Shown: piece after piece, positions 59,761 through 64,000 of the stretch
How positions within the stretch are numbered: the stretch's first letter is position 1
Layout: the number at the start of each line of letters is the position of its first letter
Position numbers and translations under genes: made by a program
Notes under the pieces: generated by a model
Told to the model about the DNA's origin: nothing
The model's database searches: none
What the model saw: the letters and a program-made list of their open reading frames with translations, nothing else
Assembly (NCBI RefSeq): GCF_009914755.1
Contig: NC_060930.1
Reading direction: 5' to 3' (one strand)
DNA from: the human T2T-CHM13v2.0 reference genome, Homo sapiens
Length of the DNA stretch: 64,000 nucleotides

Positions 59761-60171
59761 AAGATTTCATTGTAAGAAGTTATTACAGAGAGTGGGCTAG
59801 GTTATTCACAATACTCAGTCTGTAGTCTAAGAGTCTCCTACACATAGACTTGTATAGATACCCGGACTAAGCTGAGTATTAGAGTTAAGATTTGGTGCCC
59901 AGAGCAGATCAAGCCAGGTGAGCACAGAATTTAGAATTCTGAATTCTGTTTTAAGGAGGCATATTTCTCCTGAATGAACATTACTATATATTCTCCAGAA
60001 CTTTATATGTTTATAGGTTATATGTGTGTATGTATGTGCACATAAGACAATGAAGTAATTCATTTTATAATGGATACAATAATTTAATAATAAACAGTTA
60101 TGCTGAAAATACTCTGTTAAACAACAAATACATTATTTTTAAAATGTAAACTGCTCAAAAAAGCATTTTAA

Positions 60172-60465
<294 letters not shown>

Positions 60466-60548
60466 TTAAAAAAGCATTTTAAGTAATTTAATACTGCACA
60501 AGATTTGCAGTCTGTGAGAAAAAGAATGAGAAAGAATCTTATTTAAGG

Positions 60549-60626
60549 TTAAGATGACTCCAGCATCTGATCTTCAAAAGACAGGCAGACAGGAGAAAAA
60601 GAGGAAGAGCAAGAAGCCGTGGTCAC
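60549..60626 (-). CDS. MYLK4: Possible alternative MYLK4 C-terminus by donor read-through: VTTASCSSSFSPVCLSFEDQMLESS-stop
   Basis: The frame stays open for 25 codons past the 60626 donor to TAA at 60549-60551. I recall an annotated isoform with such a tail but cannot verify it here. Confidence 0.5.
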   Translation of the reverse strand: MTTASCSSSFSPVCLSFEDQMLESS

Positions 60627-60705
60627 CTGGGCATTGAGTCTGGAGTGGAGCTTGTGGTCTGACAACCAGGGGTGCTTGAGAGCTTCGCTTGCACTTATTC
60701 GCCAA
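60627..60705 (-). CDS. MYLK4: MYLK4 coding exon (subdomain XI and tail): (S)WRISASEALKHPWLSDHKLHSRLNAQ
   Basis: Acceptor tttccttctag|, donor CAG|gtgacc. 79 nt, phase matches the previous exon (AG+T=Ser). R-I-S-A..AL.HPW is the CAMK-group kinase end motif. Confidence 0.96.
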
Positions 60706-61390
60706 CTAGAAGGAAATTCAGAAGGTGATTAGTAGAAACACACCGAAGAAGGCCTGTATCTGCTGTTCAATCTCAACTCCAGCTTCTGCCTTCGGGAGAC
60801 CAGATGGCCGAATGTCAACTCATGGTCAATTCTGCCTTCTCTTGAATTGTGTGCTATCAATGATGGCATAGGTGACTATCGAATCCAATCAGGATAACAT
60901 TAGTAAAGACAAACAAGGCAAATAATAAAAATTCTTGTTAATAACTGAACATTTACTTTCAAATATAAGTAACCATTTCTGTAGTATAACATCTGAGCTT
61001 AGTAAAGTGGATTCCTATCAGTCAGTTGAAAAATAAATATATATTTATTATTGTAAGAACAAAATGCTACAATGATTCTTGATGATTGCCAAAGCAATTT
61101 GTGTATTAAAACTTTTGAATAATAAATATTACTAACTTTTGAATTGAGAAGTTTTGAGTTAAATAGGTAGGGAAATAGAGTCGACGTAATTATTAAGAGA
61201 GGGACCATTAGATACTTTTATGAAGAAACAATATCCTTTTGGAGCCAGCAAAGGTTTATAAGATTTTGGGAAATAATATGAGGAAGAATAATATAGATTT
61301 ACCATATTTAAATTCTAAGTTCTATACATTTGTTTGATGTGCTAACATTTATCACATTAAAAGAAATAACCTTTCAAAATAAAAACTGTA

Positions 61391-61715
61391 GGCCAGGTGC
61401 AATGGCTCATGCCTGTAATCCCAGCACTTTGGGAGGCCGAGGCGGGTGGATCACGAAATCAGGAGTTCAAGACCAGTCTGGCCAAAATAGTGAAACCCCG
61501 TCTCTACTAAAAATACAAAAAATTAGCTGGGTGTGGTGGGGCACACCTGTAATCCCAGCTACTCAGGAGGCTGAGGAAGGAGAATCACGTGAACCCAGGA
61601 GGTGGAGGTTGCATTGAGCCAAGATCGTGCCATTGCACACCAGCCTAGGTGACAGTGTGAGATTCTGTCTCAAAAAAAAAAAAAAAAAATGAAAAAACAA
61701 ACAAACAAACAAAAA
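61391..61715 (+). mobile_element. AluS
   Basis: Full Alu with an A/(AAAC)n tail. Confidence 0.95.
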
Positions 61716-63269
61716 ACCTGTAAGTGAATGTAACAATCTGAAGTCAAAGAGGCAGTTTCAAGCAGTAATGAAGCTTCAGTTTGTAGGATTGCTTCAATGC
61801 AATCGCTTCATCAGATACCAAAATATTTAAGTATAAGATTTGAAGAGGAGATAAGTCTTTATTACATCAATGAACTTGGTGACAACATCACCATTATAGT
61901 GCCAAAAACAGGCAGAGGTAATTTTTAAAAACCTCGTGACCTCCATCAACCTCAGTTGGAAGTGTGGTTCTGCTTAGTGTCATAAATTTTCAGTACTGGA
62001 TCTCCAGAGCATTCCAATGGCTGACCAAGGTGAAAAATGATGATTCTGTACTCTAGTGTCGAACTTCTTAAATCTGGCTATTAAAAAGTTAACAATAACA
62101 TTGTACTAATAATTAAACTTAATAACATTTCAAGTTTATTTCTGTACCCCAGAAATTTATTCTATGATAGTGGTGTTTGGCTTTTGGCTTTAGTTTCATC
62201 CAAGCATTGACTGGAATTCTAAGCCAGTTGCCATCGGCCCAAATGGGCATCTGATGCTCCTTGGGCATTCATGAAGCCCTCAGACTGAAGGAGTGAGCGG
62301 CACTGGAGCCCACTGGGCCCACCTCTGCATCTGCTCTGAGATAGCCGTGTGACTGCAGCACTGCTCTCAGCCTCAGTTTCCCCATGTGTAAAATGATGGT
62401 CTCCACAGACCACAGGATTATCCAGAAGCCAAATAAGATAACACATGAAAGTACACATGTAAAACAGGTTCACAGTAAATGTGGATTTCTCGTCCTCCAA
62501 AGATTTGAAAGGGTTGACAGTTTCCATCTGTTCACTGCCTTGGGTAGAGTAATGTGCTCATAATAATAACCTTGGCTGTTATTGTGCCTTTCCATCAAGG
62601 CACAATACTAGCCAAGGTTATTATTATTATTAATCCATTATTTGTGAATTGTCCCTCCTGTCGGACTGATACCCCTAGCCTGGCTAGGTTCTCTTCATCC
62701 TCTAAGGATGGCCTTATCTTTGTGTTAACCACATTTTATTACATCTTTTTAAAAAATATCTATCCCTTTTATTAGATGGTGAGTTACTATAGGCAGGGAC
62801 TGGATTTGTGCCTCTATTCTTAGCACATGACACATTTCCTGGCACACAGTAGGTGATCAACACTTGAATGAAAGCATCTCCTGCCAAGCTGTGTGCCAGA
62901 CCCACTGCCCACACTGTTTCCCCACTCCCTGTGACACCCTTCTACCTGTTGATCCACAGCCATGTGTATTAGTGACTTTAAAGCCATAAAGATAATAAAA
63001 CGATAAGGCAAGTGCTATTGACCCTGAAAACCTTAACTACTTCAATCATTATACGGCTCAGGTATAAAGCCATCTGAAACAGCGTGTTTGATGGGTTAAT
63101 CACAATGCCCTTCCCCTTCTATGATTCTAAAATGCAAATCCCTATATTTCAATGTCACTCTTTTTCATTCACTGAATTTTGAATTAATGTGGTTTTAGCA
63201 TAACAGAAAATAGAGGGCCATGTAATAAATAACAGCCAAGTGTGCGGCCGTTGGGGAAGGAGAACTATC

Positions 63270-63600
63270 TGTTTGAGCCTCTGTTCTGCCAATTACTGGC
63301 GGTATGATGATGGGCAAACCACGTGGGATCTTCTACCCGATTTCTGCCTCATGGAGTTGGGGTCAGGGGTGGTAGTTAAAAGAGATAATGTCTACAAAGC
63401 ACTCGGCATGATCTGGCCCACAGTAGTTTCCCAAATGAAATGGTAGTTAAAGATTCAGCTACACGGAACCATATACAGCTTAGTAGAGGTGAAAGGAATC
63501 CTAGAAATACTTCTCCCAAGCCTTCCATTTTGACAGTGAGTCAACTAAGGCCCAGCAGGAGTCCATGGCTGGTATGGCCATATGATAAATGGCAGGAAGA
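63270..63600. mobile_element. MIR fragments
   Basis: gttaaaagagataatgtctacaaagcactcggcatg and ccattttgacagtgagtcaactaaggcccag. Confidence 0.55.
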
Positions 63601-63800
63601 GAAAGGTTTGTGTAGCTTCATGACCAAAGCAGTCCCAGATCTCAGTAGACTGGGTCAAGAGGCTCAAACCTCATTCTATCCATGACTTTGCGCAAGCATC
63701 ACAGATGTTAGTAAGAGAATAAATTCGAACAGCCCTGGTGGTAGGCCCTGCTTCCTTATCATCCCTACTGCGCCCGGAGCACAGGACGAACTTGCGTTAC

Positions 63801-63953
63801 CTCTTCTCCTTAATCAGAAGCTTAGAGATGAACTCCTTGGCCTCCTCCGAGATGTCCTGAAATTCTTCATCCTCTAAGTCCCACCTGCAGGCCAGGATGT
63901 TGTTCAGCGTCTCAGCATCATTGTCACCCAGGAAAGGCGACAAACCGCTAAGT
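63801..63953 (-). CDS. MYLK4: MYLK4 coding exon (kinase subdomains IX-X): LSGLSPFLGDNDAETLNNILACRWDLEDEEFQDISEEAKEFISKLLIKEK
   Basis: Manual translation of the reverse strand. Acceptor cctccag| at 63954-63955, donor AG|gtaacg at 63800. 153 nt (1+150+2). The MLCK-family motif SGLSPFLGD..ETL.NI is present. Confidence 0.96.
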
Positions 63954-64000
63954 CTGGAGGACACGGGGTCCAGAGTGAGTATTTTTTAAACAGCCTCAAC

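Overview
Human-type genomic DNA, rich in primate Alu, L1, MaLR, MIR and L2 repeats. The minus strand carries the 3' end of MYLK4 (myosin light chain kinase family member 4): three coding exons (63801-63953, 60627-60705, 56881-56928) read directly as the kinase C-lobe end and tail, followed by a ~4.3 kb non-coding last exon ending near an AATAAA at 49232-49237. From memory this places the window at 6p25.2. A CpG island at ~19.6-20.3 kb looks like a bidirectional promoter. Leftwards lies the LINC01600/C6orf195 transcript, with its 127-aa ORF at 9015-9398(-). Most ORFs in the supplied track are repeat-derived or random. I find no new multi-gene system. The best leads are: (1) an apparent decayed MLCK calmodulin-binding segment straddling the last MYLK4 intron inside the 3'UTR; (2) an old L1 whose 3' half lies upstream of its 5' half, with matching breakpoints; (3) a diverged ~760-bp local duplication with exon-like features; (4) an old L1 fragment unusually rich in CpG; (5) an Alu orientation switch near the CpG island. 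Repeat subfamily names and boundaries are by eye and approximate.
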